Below are positions 22,895 through 33,604 of a stretch of DNA of 64,000 nucleotides, piece after piece (the first letter of the stretch is position 1; every line of letters starts with the position of its first letter). Both the position numbers and the translations under genes were made by a program. Origin of the DNA: an uncultured delta proteobacterium (GTDB lineage: Bacteria; Myxococcota_A; UBA9160; UBA4427); contig CAWGJT010000014.1 in NCBI GenBank assembly GCA_963822965.1, positions 64,001 through 128,000 on the forward strand, given 5' to 3'. The notes under the pieces are model-generated. The model was not told the DNA's origin, searched no databases, and saw only the letters and a list, made by a program, of their open reading frames with translations.

Positions 22895-23529
22895 AGCCCC
22901 TCGATGCACCGGAACCGGAACGTCGTGTGTCCCAACCGGATCGTGTCGCCGTCCGACAGCTCGGCGCCGTCGACCTCGCGGTCGTTCACGTAGGTGCGAT
23001 TCCTCTCGGTGAGGGGAACGATCGCGAAGACGCCTTCCTGGTGGACGATCATCGCGTGCTCTCGGGAGATCCACTTGCTGGCGAGCACGATGTCGCTGGC
23101 CTCGGCCCGGCCGAGCTTGTTCTCTCCGTCGAAGAGCGGGAAGACCTCGCCCTTCAGCTCGCCGTCGATGGCGACGATCACGCCGGCCACGTCGTCCTTG
23201 CGGTAGGGGGCCGTCTGGAAGTACTGGGTGGGGGCATCCGACGCGGCCGTGGCGTCGGCCTTCTTGGCGGCGAGGGCTTCGGGAGCGACCGGAGAGCCGA
23301 GGGCCGGCGTGGGCTGCGAGTACGGACGCGGGTGCACGCCCAGGCGCTCGGGCTCCGGAGCGGTGACGGCGCGGGCCGGGCCGACCGGGCTCTCGGCTCG
23401 TCCCGGGGCGCCGCGGTGCTCCTTGGGAAGCTGGATGGTCGGCTCGGATCGCGAGCGGGTGTGGCCGGGGCCATAGCGCCGGCGGCGCGGCCGTCCGGTG
23501 ATGCGGTCGATCAAGTCCCTGAAGCTCAA
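22891..23529 (-). CDS. FHA domain protein
   Basis: KLGR..DI..ISREHA..N.TYVN..L.DGD.I.LG; TTG start overlaps the upstream stop. Confidence 0.8.
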   Translation of the reverse strand: MSFRDLIDRITGRPRRRRYGPGHTRSRSEPTIQLPKEHRGAPGRAESPVGPARAVTAPEPERLGVHPRPYSQPTPALGSPVAPEALAAKKADATAASDAPTQYFQTAPYRKDDVAGVIVAIDGELKGEVFPLFDGENKLGRAEASDIVLASKWISREHAMIVHQEGVFAIVPLTERNRTYVNDREVDGAELSDGDTIRLGHTTFRFRCIEGL

Positions 23530-24314
23530 CCTGGCTCTCCCTGGGGTCTGGCCCGTGGCCTCACGGCCGCCCGGGACGTGGCACGCAGGTCGTCTGCATC
23601 CCCGCAGGATCGCACGCGCACCAGAGCATACCACCGGCCCGCCAATGCTAGAGAATCGGCTTTGAATTCCACGCGTTGGGGGACGGTGGCCGGAGGCATG
23701 CCCGGGTAGGTGCCGGCCCCGGGCGATTCCGTTCCTCGGGCACCCGGCGCGGCCGTCGGGGCCGCCTCCTCGGGAGCGCTCCCGGGCTGGGAGGAGTCGG
23801 ATGGCGAGGAATCGGGCTGCGAGGATTCCGACGGCGAGAGTCCCGGCGGCGGGGCGGCCACCGGCGGAGGCGCCCGGCGGGTCGCCAGGTAGAGGCCCGC
23901 GGTCGCCACCAGCAGGACGAGCATCGCGACCCCGGTCACGAGCCACGGCGTGCTGCTCGTGGACGGGCCCTCCTCGTAGAGCAGCAGCACCTCGTCGGAC
24001 AGCTCGATCACGTCTCCCGGCGCCAGCGCATGGGGCCCGTCGCCGATGGGGGCGCCGTTGACGCGCACCCCCCGGCTGCTGCCGAGGTCGACCAGCAGAT
24101 TGCGCTCGCCGTCCGGGCGTACCGCGGCGTGATGCCGCGAGACGTTCGCGTAGGCGACCACCCAGTCCGACGAGGGGTCGCGCCCGATCCGGATCTCGCG
24201 CGATCCGATCGCGCGCGTCCGTGTGCGGCGACCGTTCTCGAACTGCACGAGGCGCGCCTCGGGTCTGCGGGTCGATCGGCGGGATCCTGCGTCGACCGGC
24301 TCCCCGAGACGCAC
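23526..24314 (-). CDS. FHA domain + TM protein
   Basis: IGRDP..VSRHHA..DLGSSRGVRVNG..L.PGD.I, followed by a TM helix and a Pro/Ser-rich linker. Confidence 0.8.
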   Translation of the reverse strand: MRLGEPVDAGSRRSTRRPEARLVQFENGRRTRTRAIGSREIRIGRDPSSDWVVAYANVSRHHAAVRPDGERNLLVDLGSSRGVRVNGAPIGDGPHALAPGDVIELSDEVLLLYEEGPSTSSTPWLVTGVAMLVLLVATAGLYLATRRAPPPVAAPPPGLSPSESSQPDSSPSDSSQPGSAPEEAAPTAAPGARGTESPGAGTYPGMPPATVPQRVEFKADSLALAGRWYALVRVRSCGDADDLRATSRAAVRPRARPQGEPG

Positions 24315-24512
24315 CTAGTGTCCTGTCCCAGAAGTTCGCTTGCATTCGGCCGCCCCCGCTGCCCGCTGCCAGCGTTGCGCTCCCGTCGCCGTAGCGCGGC
24401 TATGCCTCGGTCGCGCGCCTCGGCAGCGGCCCGAGGGAGCGTCCTCGGTGCATGCGGAGAAGGGTCGAAGGGGGGTCGACTTCGACAGCGAACTTCTCGG
24501 ACAGGACACTAG
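24315..24512. mobile_element. MITE-like element (about 198 bp) with terminal inverted repeats and CTAG at both ends
   Basis: ctagtgtcctgtcccagaagttcgct (24315-24340) and agcgaacttctcggacaggacactag (24487-24512) are 25/26 reverse-complementary; internal hairpins; no transposase. Confidence 0.8.
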
Positions 24513-25477
24513 TTTTCCGCTCCGGCGCTCGAGTCCCCGGACGCTTCTGCGGGCGTGATCTCGATGCGCGAGACGGTGTCGAAGCTGATGGGCGCGGAGA
24601 GGCTTCCCAGGATGCGCGCGCGGCTTCCGGAGGGGTAGACGTCGACGACCTCGATCCGGCCGATCTCGCGACCCGCGTCGAAGAGCTCGCCGGACATGCC
24701 CGGGCGCACCCCGGCCGGATAGCCGGCCTCGAGCATCACCGCAGACGGCTTGCCGTCCGTCTCCTCGACGTCGAGGACCACCGCCTCGATGAAGACGGGC
24801 TCGGGCTCGGGGACGGACGCCGCGCCCGGTGCCTCGCGCCCGGCGCCCTCCTCGGCCCCCGGCTCGGGGGAAGCGCTGGGCAGCGTCGCCACGGGGATCG
24901 GAGGCTTCGCCATGGGGATCGGGGGCTTCGCGCCGGGCGGCGGGGTGCGAGACGGCGGCGGCTCTCGCCGGGGCGGTGTCGGGGGGTGCCCGGCGGACGA
25001 GGTCCCGGCCGTCGGCGGCGTCTCCAGCTGCGCCACCAGCTCGAAGTCGAAGAGGCCCTGGTTCTCCCCCTTCGCGACGACCCGCAGCCGGTAGCTGCCC
25101 GGGCCCGTGTCCGCGTGCAGGCGCCGGCGCGTCTGCACGCGCCCCGTGCGTGCGTCGACCGGCTGGCCGTCGTCGGTCTCGAGCATCAGGGTGCAGTCGG
25201 GAAGCCCGCTGCCCGCCGGCGCGTAGAGGTCCACCAGCAGCGCGCCGGGCTCTTCCAGGTCGATGCGGTAGATGCGTTGGCAGCGCGCGACGGCGCAGTG
25301 AAGGCTGTCGCGCGTCCAGCTCCCGAGGGGGAGGGGCTGCGTCTGGCCCGGCCGGCTCGCAGCGTCCGGCGGGGCGAACATGCCCGACTCACACCCGGTG
25401 GTGAAGACGAGGAGGAATCCCGCGATCGCGCCTACGGCCAGCCAGGGATTCGGCGCTTCCTGGCGAGGGTCTCGCAT
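24509..25477 (-). CDS. Putative lipoprotein with PPC-like beta domain and Pro-rich linker
   Basis: Lipobox-like FTTG|C; Y.I.L..PG.L and GPGSYRLRV motifs; Pro-rich stretch. Confidence 0.6.
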   Translation of the reverse strand: MRDPRQEAPNPWLAVGAIAGFLLVFTTGCESGMFAPPDAASRPGQTQPLPLGSWTRDSLHCAVARCQRIYRIDLEEPGALLVDLYAPAGSGLPDCTLMLETDDGQPVDARTGRVQTRRRLHADTGPGSYRLRVVAKGENQGLFDFELVAQLETPPTAGTSSAGHPPTPPRREPPPSRTPPPGAKPPIPMAKPPIPVATLPSASPEPGAEEGAGREAPGAASVPEPEPVFIEAVVLDVEETDGKPSAVMLEAGYPAGVRPGMSGELFDAGREIGRIEVVDVYPSGSRARILGSLSAPISFDTVSRIEITPAEASGDSSAGAEN

Positions 25478-25603
25478 CCAGTCCTCGGTCCGGTTCGTTC
25501 CGCTCCTTGGGCCGTACCCCGTCGTCCGGGTCAGCGACGGAGTGGAGGAAGCATGGGCGCCGCCTCGCGACGCCCATCAGAGCTTCCTCGTGCCCATCGG
25601 GTG

Positions 25604-25792
25604 CTACATGAAGTCGCGATCGAGGACCGTCTTGCGGCCGTCGTTCCGGGCGTTCTCGATCGCCTGCTGGCAGAGGCTGCGAATCCGGTCCGACAGCACC
25701 GTCAGCACCGACGAGGAGGTCTTCATATCGCCGTTGGCCTTGATGTAGGACTTGACCTTGGAGGCAACCACGAGCACTTCGTTGTCGGACAT
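25604..25792 (-). CDS. Bacterial histone (Bd0055/HBb-like singlet histone fold)
   Basis: MSDNEVLVVASKVKSYIK..MKTS..VLS..LC..A..DGRKTVLDRDF, with the RKTV..RD L2 motif; AGGAAAGGGG RBS. Confidence 0.88.
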   Translation of the reverse strand: MSDNEVLVVASKVKSYIKANGDMKTSSSVLTVLSDRIRSLCQQAIENARNDGRKTVLDRDFM

Positions 25793-26043
25793 CGCGACTG
25801 AGGCCCCTTTCCTGGTGCGATGAGGTCGCCAGCCCGCATCGGCGCAGCGACGACGACATCTCGTTTACCGGGTCGCGGACACCCGCGGGCGTCCCGACGG
25901 AGGGCCCTTCGCGAGACCCTCCAGGGCTCCGCGCCCGGCTGTGACCCGCTTCTAGGCCTCGGAGAATGCAACTCCGCTCGCCGAAGCGCAACGAGCGGAC
26001 TATCACAGCCCCGGACACGAGCTCATCCCAGGGAGGCCACCGA

Positions 26044-27286
26044 ATGCAGAGGATCAGCGGCGTCTTCCTGTGGGACGGCGAATCGGGAGCCCGTTCGAAG
26101 GAGCGCAAGACGATCCGGATCGAGGGGGGCCGCATCCACTCCATCACCGACTGCCCGACCGCGCCCGACGGAAACGGACGATTCGGAGGTATTTCACTAC
26201 GATTCCGACGTCACCGCGCTTCCCGGCCTGATCGACTGCCACGTCCACATCACCCTCGATCCGACGATCTTCAGCGGCGCCCGGCAGCGGGCGGTTCCCC
26301 GGGAGCGCATGTGGGCGGGCATGCAGCAGCGGGCCCACGCCATGGTGCAGGCCGGCATCACCACCGCGCGGGATCTCGGCGGCGGCGAGTGGATGGAGAT
26401 GGAGCTGCGCGATCGCATCGCGGCGGGCGAGCTTCCCGGCCCGCGGCTGTTGTGCGTGGGCCAGCCCGTGACGTCTCCCGCCGGACACTGCCACTTCTGG
26501 GGCGGGGAGGCGCGCGGCCGCGACGCCGTCCGCGAGGTGGTCGCGCGCCAGATCGCAAAGCGTGCCGACTGGATCAAGGTGATGGCGACGGGGGGCGTCT
26601 TCACCCAGGGAACCGACGTGACGCAGCCGCAGTACGACCAGGGAGAGCTGCGGGAGATCGTCGACTGCGCGTCCGAGCACGGTCGCTCGGTGGCGGCCCA
26701 CTGCCACGGCGTCGCCGGCATCCGGAACGCCTTCGGTGCCGGGGTGCGCACCGTCGAGCACTGCTCGTTCGCCGGGAAGGACGGCTTCGGCGTGGACTTC
26801 GACGCCTCGTTCGTTCCCGAGATGGTGCGGGACGACGTCTGGGTGTCGCCCACGGTGAACGCCGGCTGGGCCCGGCGCGTCGAGAAGGACGGGGCGCCCA
26901 CGCCGTTCTGGGAGCGCATGTCCGCCTGCCTGCGGGCCCTGCGCGGCGCGGGGGTGGGGCTCGTCGCCTCGACGGACGCCGGCATCCCCGGCGTCCACCA
27001 CCACCAGCTGCCGGAGGCGCTGCAGGCGTTCGCGCAGTATGCGGATCTCGGGGCGGTGGAGGCCCTGCGCACCGCCACGTCCGAGGCGGCGCGCGCCCTG
27101 CGCATCGGCGACGAGACGGGACGCCTCGCGCCCGGCCTCGCGGCCGACGTGTTGGTGGTGGCCGGCGACCCGACCCAGGACCTGGCCGCGCTGCAGCGCC
27201 CGCAGCTCGTCCTGGCCCGGGGCCAGCGGGTCTACGAGGCCGACTTCGCGGGGGCGCCGCTCGCGCCGGCGATCCGCTCGAGGTAG
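26044..27286 (+). CDS. Amidohydrolase family protein (frameshift near 26170)
   Basis: [20 protein letters not shown] in one frame; [35 protein letters not shown] and STDAG in the other. Confidence 0.85.
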
Positions 27287-27729
27287 CCGCGCACGTGGGG
27301 CACGAGCGGCCGGCCGGGGAGATCCGCCCGCTCCACGAAGCCCGCCCACACCACCTCCCGGTTGTCGATCCGGACCGGCAGCTCGCGGCTGCTGCGCAGC
27401 TCGAAGAAGTGCGCGCGGTCGCGCTTGCTCTCGAAGTCGACCTCCAGCTCGCACACGAAGTGGAGCTCTGCCTCCGAAACGGCCATGCCCACCTCTTCGG
27501 CGAGCTCGCGGACGGCGGCCTGTCGGGGTGACTCCGATCTTCCCACCGCGCCGCAGGGAACGGTCTCGCTCCGGCGATAGGAGTTGCGGACGAGCAGCAG
27601 GCGATCGTCCTGCCACACCGCCACGTAGGCGCCGTGCATCACCGGGCGCCGCAGCCACCACACCACGCGCAGGATGCGATAGGCAGCCCGAAGGCCGATG
27701 CGCCACAGTGCGTCCAGAAAGGCTCCCAT
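27232..27729 (-). CDS. NUDIX hydrolase
   Basis: [22 protein letters not shown]udix box. Confidence 0.85.
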   Translation of the reverse strand: MGAFLDALWRIGLRAAYRILRVVWWLRRPVMHGAYVAVWQDDRLLLVRNSYRRSETVPCGAVGRSESPRQAAVRELAEEVGMAVSEAELHFVCELEVDFESKRDRAHFFELRSSRELPVRIDNREVVWAGFVERADLPGRPLVPHVRGYLERIAGASGAPAKSAS

Positions 27730-27782
27730 GGGCGGGGATGGTAGAGCCGATTCGCGAGCGAACCCCGGGAGAGAGGACGCGG

Positions 27783-28709
27783 ATGCAGGAGGTCTGCCGT
27801 TACGCGCCGTCGACGACGGGCCGCGCACACCCGGGCACGCTGCTGGCGGGGCTGCTGTGCTGGCTCGACGCGCGCTCCCGGGGCGCCCGCGTGCTGCTGC
27901 GCCTGGAGGACCTCGACCCCCAGCGCTGTCGCCCCGAGCTGACCCGAGCCATGCAGGACGATCTCGCCTGGCTGGGCCTCGAGTGGGACGAGGTGGTCCT
28001 GCAGAGCGCGTTCGCGGCGCGGCACACGGCGGCACTCGAGGCGCTCGAGCGCCAGGGGAGGCTCTACCCGTGCCGCTGCTCGCGCCGGGACGTGCGTGCG
28101 TCGGGCACCCGGGCGCCCGACGGCGGCTACCGCTATCCGGGCACCTGCCGGGGACGCTCGCTCGCCGAGGCCGGCGAGGGCGACGTGCTGCGGGTGCGGA
28201 TGGACGACGGTCTCGTCTCGCTGGCCGACGAGAGCGGTCTCGACCTCTCCCAGGACGTGGCCCGGGCCTTCGGCGATCCCATCGTCGTGCGCCGGGACGG
28301 CGGCATCGCCTATCACCTGGCGAACGTCGTGGACGACGCCGCGGCCGGGGTGACCCGCGTGGTGCGCGGGCGCGATCTCGCCACTACCACCGCCACCCAG
28401 GTGGTGCTCCAGCGCCTGCTGGGGCTCGCGACGCCGCGCTATCGCCACCACCTGCTGCTGCTCGAGCCCGCGGAGACCCGGGACGGCGCCAAGCTCGCGA
28501 AGCTGCACGGGTCGGTCTCCGCCGAGGCCCTGCGCGAGGCGTACGACGCGCCCGGCCTGTGCGGGGTGCTCGCCCACGCGGCGGGCCTGCTCGAGCGGCC
28601 CGAGCCGGTGACGCCTGCCGCGCTGCTCGCGGGATTCGCCTGGAGCCGCGTCCGGGAGAGCGACCGGGTGCTCGTGTGGGACGGCGGGGCGCTGCGCGCG
28701 CTCGACTGA
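27783..28709 (+). CDS. gluQ: tRNA glutamyl-Q(34) synthetase (GluQRS)
   Basis: [40 protein letters not shown] and KLAK; catalytic domain only. Confidence 0.85.
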   Translation: MQEVCRYAPSTTGRAHPGTLLAGLLCWLDARSRGARVLLRLEDLDPQRCRPELTRAMQDDLAWLGLEWDEVVLQSAFAARHTAALEALERQGRLYPCRCSRRDVRASGTRAPDGGYRYPGTCRGRSLAEAGEGDVLRVRMDDGLVSLADESGLDLSQDVARAFGDPIVVRRDGGIAYHLANVVDDAAAGVTRVVRGRDLATTTATQVVLQRLLGLATPRYRHHLLLLEPAETRDGAKLAKLHGSVSAEALREAYDAPGLCGVLAHAAGLLERPEPVTPAALLAGFAWSRVRESDRVLVWDGGALRALD

Positions 28710-28727
28710 GCGCGCGGCCTCGCGAAG

Positions 28728-30005
28728 TCAGGCCGGAACCACCTCGAGCACCGACGCCTCGCCGGGCACGCCGATGCGCAGCGGGAAGCCGTAGAAGCCG
28801 ATGCCCCGGTGGACGTAGAGGCGGCCGCGGCCGTGCCCGAACAGCCCGTGATCGGGCCAGCGGCTGCGCGAGAGCACCGTCCAGTCGAGCCCCGCGCTCA
28901 CCAGCCCCACCTGCCCGCCGTGGGTGTGGCCCGAGAGCGTGAGGTCGACGTCGCCCGGCGGCACGTGGTGGAACGTGCGCGGATCGTGCAGCAGCAGCAT
29001 CCGCAGATGCTCCGCGCGGCGCGGGAAGCGCTCGAGCAGCGCGCGGATGTGCTCGCGCCGCTCGCGGCCCCGGTAGTCGGCTCCGACGAGCTGCAGCGCG
29101 CCCACGGGCGTCTCGACCAGCCGCTCGTCGTCGACCAGCAGGTCGATGCGGTTGCTCTCGAGGGCGCGGCGCACCTCGTCGGGTGCCTCGTGGTCGTGGT
29201 TGCCGAGGATCGAGAAGCAGCGTCCCTCGAGTGCGCGCAGGGGCTCGAAGGCCCGCGCCAGGGCGCCGGGCGAGCCGCGCCCCTCCATGGTGAGGAAGTC
29301 GCCGGTCAGCAGCACCAGGTCGGGCCGCCTGCGCGAGCAGCCCTTCCAGGGTGCGCTGCAGCTGGCGCACCGACTGCCACGGGCCGAGGTGCGGATCGGC
29401 GATCTGCACGATGCGCAGCGCGGGCTCCGCCAGGGGCCGGGGCTCGCGCCGGCGGTGCCGCTCGACGGGCAGTCGCCGCAGCTCGGGCGGTCCCGCCTCG
29501 CCGAGGTCGCACGCGCACCACCTCGGGCCTGAGGCCGCAGCGACGTCGCCACCGACGCCAGGCAGAGCGCGAGCGGCGCGAGATCGAGCCAGCGCAGCGC
29601 CGCCTGGGCGCCGTCCCAGCCGAGCCCGGCGAGGCCCGCGCGCAGGGGCAGCAGCGACAGCAGCCACAGCCCCGACAGGAAGCCCAGCGCCACGAAGGCC
29701 TGCCCCGGGATCGACACCAGCAGCCGGTACGCGCCGCCTCGCAGCCGCGCATGCACCAGATGCGCGAGCTGGATCCCCGTCGCCAGCATCGACGCCGCGA
29801 ACGCCCCGCTCACCCAGGGTGCGTACGGCGCCGGTACCCAGCCCGCCAGCCGCCACTCCAACGCCACCGCCCCGGGCACGCTCAGCGCCAGCATCACCGC
29901 GGTGAAGATCGCGTAGGTCCGCCCGCGCTCGCGCCACGCGTAGAGCGGAATGCCGATCACCGTTGCGAGCGTGACGGCGAGGAACAGATGGCGGGGATCG
30001 AGCAT
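28728..30005 (-). CDS. Membrane-anchored metallophosphoesterase (YkuE-like; compensating frameshifts at about 29330-29530)
   Basis: N-terminal TMs; QIADPH in an alternative frame; TGDF, GNHD, LLHDP and SGHTHGGQ motifs. Confidence 0.8.
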   Translation of the reverse strand: MLDPRHLFLAVTLATVIGIPLYAWRERGRTYAIFTAVMLALSVPGAVALEWRLAGWVPAPYAPWVSGAFAASMLATGIQLAHLVHARLRGGAYRLLVSIPGQAFVALGFLSGLWLLSLLPLRAGLAGLGWDGAQAALRWLDLAPLALCLASVATSLRPQARGGARATSARRDRPSCGDCPSSGTAGASPGPWRSPRCASCRSPIRTSARGSRCASCSAPWKGCSRRRPDLVLLTGDFLTMEGRGSPGALARAFEPLRALEGRCFSILGNHDHEAPDEVRRALESNRIDLLVDDERLVETPVGALQLVGADYRGRERREHIRALLERFPRRAEHLRMLLLHDPRTFHHVPPGDVDLTLSGHTHGGQVGLVSAGLDWTVLSRSRWPDHGLFGHGRGRLYVHRGIGFYGFPLRIGVPGEASVLEVVPA

Positions 30006-30080
30006 CGGGGAGTCACCGGGAATAGGGGCGGCCGCGAGCATAGCGGGGCGAGAGCCGCCCCAAAGCCGCGGGCGCCGAGC

Positions 30081-30290
30081 GCCGTCAGGCACCTACCGGC
30101 GAGCGAAGCGAGCCGGCCTCCGTCCGAAGAAGCCCTCCGGCGCCGTCAGGCGGCAAGCGAAGCGAGCCGCGAGACGCTGTCCCCGATAGGTCCGGTCGGT
30201 CCGAGCCGGGCCGAGGCGGCCCGAGCCAGCCCGAGCCCCGTCAGGCGTTCAGCGGCGAGCGCAGAGCGCTCGACCGCTGCAACGCCGAGG
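30081..30290. repeat. Intergenic REP-like repeats and attC-like hairpin
   Basis: CCGTCAGGC x3, GGC(G/A)AGCGAAGCGAGCCG x2, and hairpin GGCGTTCAGCGG..CCGCTGCAACGCC at 30244-30286. Confidence 0.55.
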
Positions 30291-30348
30291 CACCCCAACT
30301 CCAAACAAGCACCCGCCGCGCAAAACCGAACCGCCGCGCCCTACCCCC

Positions 30349-31800
30349 TTAATACCGGTAATTCTCCGCTTTGTACGGCCCCTCGACCTCCACCCCGATG
30401 TACGCCGCCTGCTCCTCGGAGAGGGCCGACAGGTGCGCGTCCAGGTGGTCGAGGTGCAGCCGCGCCACCTCTTCGTCGAGCTTCTTGGGCAGCACGTACA
30501 CCTGGTTGCCGTACTGGCCGGCGTTCTGGTGCAGCTCGAGCTGGGCGAGCACCTGGTTGGTGAAGGAGGCGGACATCACGAAGCTCGGGTGGCCCGTCGC
30601 GCAGCCCAGGTTCAGCAGCCGACCCTCGGCGAGGATCATCACGCTGTGACCGTCCGGGAAGCGCCACTCGTCGTACTGCGGCTTGATGTTGATCTTCTCG
30701 ATGCCGCGCACCTTCTTGAGACCGGCCATGTCGATCTCGTTGTCGAAGTGACCGATGTTGCCGACGATGGCCTTGTCCTTCATGCGGGTCATCAGCTCGG
30801 CGGTGATGATGTTGAAGTTGCCCGTCGCGGTGACGAAGATGTCCGCCTGGCCGACCACCTCGTCGATGGTCCGCACCTGGTAGCCCTCCATGGCCGCCTG
30901 GAGCGCACAGATCGGGTCGATCTCCACGATCACGACGCGCGCACCCTGGCCCCGCATGGCCTGGGCGCAGCCCTTGCCCACGTCTCCGTAGCCGCAGACC
31001 ACGACCATCTTGCCGCCGATCAGCACGTCGGTGGCCCGCATGATGCCGTCGGGCAGCGAGTGCCGGCAGCCGTAGATGTTGTCGAACTTGCTCTTGGTCA
31101 CCGAGTCGTTGACGTTGATGGCGGGGAAGAGCAGCTCGCCGCGGGCGGCCAGCTGGTTGAGGCGCAGCACGCCGGTGGTCGTCTCCTCGGAGACGCCGCG
31201 CATGCCCTCGGCGACCTTCGTGAAGCGGGTGGCGTCCTGCTTCTGCAGCTTGGCGCACAGCTCGAGGAAGACGGTCCACTCCTCGGAGTCGTTCTCGGTG
31301 GGCTCGGGCACCTTGCCGGCCTGCTCGAACTCGCGTCCCTTGTGGATGAGCATGGTGGCGTCGCCGCCGTCGTCCACGATGAGGTCGGGACCCGAGCCGT
31401 CGGGCCAGGTCATGGCCTCGTTGGTGCACCACCAGTACTCCTCGAGGGTCTCGCCCTTCCAGGCGAAGACGGCGATGCCCTCGGGCTTCTCGGGCGTGCC
31501 GTTCGGGCCCACCGCCACGGCGGACGCGGCGTGATCCTGCGTGGAGAAGATGTTGCACGACACCCAGCGCACGTCGGCGCCGAGCTGGGTGAGGGTCTCG
31601 ATCAGCACGCCCGTCTGGATGGTCATGTGCAGGCTGCCCATGATCTTGGCGCCGCGCAGGGGCTTCGTGCCCGCGTAGCGCTCGCGCAGGGCCATCAGTC
31701 CCGGCATCTCCTGCTCCGCGAGGCGAAGCTCCTTGCGGCCGAAATCGGCGAGGGACAGGTCGGCGACCTTGAAGGCGGGGCGGTCTTGCTTGCTCGTCAT
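30349..31800 (-). CDS. ahcY: Adenosylhomocysteinase
   Basis: [52 protein letters not shown] and [10 protein letters not shown] motifs. Confidence 0.98.
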   Translation of the reverse strand: MTSKQDRPAFKVADLSLADFGRKELRLAEQEMPGLMALRERYAGTKPLRGAKIMGSLHMTIQTGVLIETLTQLGADVRWVSCNIFSTQDHAASAVAVGPNGTPEKPEGIAVFAWKGETLEEYWWCTNEAMTWPDGSGPDLIVDDGGDATMLIHKGREFEQAGKVPEPTENDSEEWTVFLELCAKLQKQDATRFTKVAEGMRGVSEETTTGVLRLNQLAARGELLFPAINVNDSVTKSKFDNIYGCRHSLPDGIMRATDVLIGGKMVVVCGYGDVGKGCAQAMRGQGARVVIVEIDPICALQAAMEGYQVRTIDEVVGQADIFVTATGNFNIITAELMTRMKDKAIVGNIGHFDNEIDMAGLKKVRGIEKINIKPQYDEWRFPDGHSVMILAEGRLLNLGCATGHPSFVMSASFTNQVLAQLELHQNAGQYGNQVYVLPKKLDEEVARLHLDHLDAHLSALSEEQAAYIGVEVEGPYKAENYRY

Positions 31801-31883
31801 GATGGACTCCATCCCTTGTCGGGAGCGCTGGGGGTCGGGGACGCCGCGAGGGCGGCGCGTGCGATGGTGGGAGCAGCAGCTAT

Positions 31884-31931
31884 ATCCGCGTATGCGGATG
31901 CACAGATACAGACTCTTCGGGTCGCTGTCAA
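31884..31931 (-). promoter_or_regulatory. Sigma70-like ahcY promoter with downstream palindromic operator
   Basis: Minus strand TTGACA (31926-31931)-N17-TATCTG (31903-31908), then ATCCGC-N4-GCGGAT (31884-31899). Confidence 0.55.
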
Positions 31932-32014
31932 CCGATGCCACCCGTCCCACGCGCGACAACCCCGGGGGAAGGCGAGGGTGGCAGGCGAGCAGCGGGGACG
32001 AAAGGCGTTCGAAT

Positions 32015-32707
32015 TCAGCCGCTTCGCTTGGCTGCTGCGACCAGGTGGTCGGCCAGGCGGGTGGGCTCGGGCAGGCGGTAGCCCGCCCCGCAGTCGAGGA
32101 CGAGCCGCTCGGCCCCGGGCAGGTCGATGCGGTGGCCCACGCTCACGAACAGCGGGCGGGTGTCGTCCCGGGTGCGCAGCACGGTTCCGATGCGCTCGCC
32201 GCCGTCGTACAGCGGCTGCCGGGCTCCGCGCTTCGCGCCGGGCTCCGCGTGCTCGCCCACCAGGCGACTCTTCGCGCAGCCGACCGTGGGCCGGTCGGCG
32301 ATCAGGCCCACGTGGGAGGCGATGCCCAGGCGCCGCGGGTGCGCGATCCCCTGGCCGTCCACGAGCAGCGCGTCCGGCTCGCTCCGCAGGGCCCGCAGGA
32401 CGGCCAGCAGGGCCGGCGCCTCCCGGAACGAGAGCAGCCCGGGTACGTACGGGAACGTGAGCGGACGCGTCGCCAGCCGCTCCTCCACCACCCTCCCGTC
32501 TTCCACGTCCCAGACCACCGCACCCGCAATGCACCGCTCGCCGCCGCTCGCCCGTCCCGCGGCGGTGAACGCGCAGTCGAGCCCGGCCACGAGGCGCACG
32601 CGCCGGCGCAGCGGCCGCTGCACGACCTGCTGCGCCAGGCGCCGCTGGACGGCGATCGCCCGGCTGGGCGAGAGATTCCACCGGTGGGGGACGCGTGCGA
32701 GCTTCAT
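32015..32707 (-). CDS. nfi: Endonuclease V
   Basis: [40 protein letters not shown] and VSVGH motifs. Confidence 0.96.
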   Translation of the reverse strand: MKLARVPHRWNLSPSRAIAVQRRLAQQVVQRPLRRRVRLVAGLDCAFTAAGRASGGERCIAGAVVWDVEDGRVVEERLATRPLTFPYVPGLLSFREAPALLAVLRALRSEPDALLVDGQGIAHPRRLGIASHVGLIADRPTVGCAKSRLVGEHAEPGAKRGARQPLYDGGERIGTVLRTRDDTRPLFVSVGHRIDLPGAERLVLDCGAGYRLPEPTRLADHLVAAAKRSG

Positions 32708-32905
32708 CGCCGACTGGCGGCGACGACGTACCAGCCCCGCGGTATCCCGGAGAACGGGTAGCGACCAGCCATGCAGGCCTCCGCAGGAAGGGTCGATGTC
32801 GAAACGTATCCGATGTGCGTCGCACCGGCAGCGGCTCCGAGACGGCGGCGCGCCCGCGCCAGGCGTCCCGACACACCCGATCCGACACCACGGAGAGAGA
32901 AGCGA

Positions 32906-33574
32906 TCAGAGCAGGGGCAGGGCGACCGCCACGACCCCGGCGACCGCGGCCACGCCGGCGAGCAGGGTGATGAACGACAGCCGTCGCTCGATGCCGCGCA
33001 GCCGGCCGTCGACGCGACCCTGCCGGTCGCGCATCTCCGAGAGCAGCTCCTGCAGCTCGGCCATGCGGGAGAGCTGCTCCTCCACCTCCCACACCTGGCT
33101 GAAGCGCTCGTCGAGCGCGCGGATGCGTTCGCCGAGCTCTTCCTGGCTGGTGTCGAGGTGCGACTCGATGGCGTCGAGCCGGGCCAGCATGCGGTCGTCG
33201 CCCGTGGCCGCCGCGAGCCGGCTGCTGCGCAGCCCGATGCGCTGCCAGAAGGAAGGGCGCGGCTCCTGCCGGCGGGTGCCCGGCACGGTGACCACCTCGC
33301 TCGAGGCGGACTCGCGGGGGGGAGCCGCCGGCGTCTCGGCGCCCGCCTCCGCGGCCTTCGTCTCGCCCGCTTCGGGGGCCCTCGTCTCGCCAGCAACGCC
33401 GGCCGTCGCCTCGCTCGCGGTCTCGGCTGCACTCGCGGGGGCGGCCGCCGCGGTGTCTTCGGGCTTCGCCGGGCTCGCTGCTCGCGCCGCGTCGGGCGCG
33501 GCTTCGCTGCTGGCCGCAGCGTGCGGCGTCTCGGCCGTCGGGGGCTGCGTCGCGGTCTGGGGGTCCTGCATCAC
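32906..33574 (-). CDS. Hypothetical protein (acidic Ala-rich N-terminus, coiled coil, C-terminal TM)
   Basis: GGAGAGG RBS; heptad-like region; hydrophobic C-terminal helix. Confidence 0.6.
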   Translation of the reverse strand: MMQDPQTATQPPTAETPHAAASSEAAPDAARAASPAKPEDTAAAAPASAAETASEATAGVAGETRAPEAGETKAAEAGAETPAAPPRESASSEVVTVPGTRRQEPRPSFWQRIGLRSSRLAAATGDDRMLARLDAIESHLDTSQEELGERIRALDERFSQVWEVEEQLSRMAELQELLSEMRDRQGRVDGRLRGIERRLSFITLLAGVAAVAGVVAVALPLL

Positions 33575-33604
33575 GCGCCTCTCCTTCCATTCCTTTGCTT
33601 ATTT

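Noticed and set aside
31801..32014. SAH riboswitch upstream of ahcY
   Set aside because: I could not find the conserved SAH aptamer elements; a promoter plus palindrome explains the region better.
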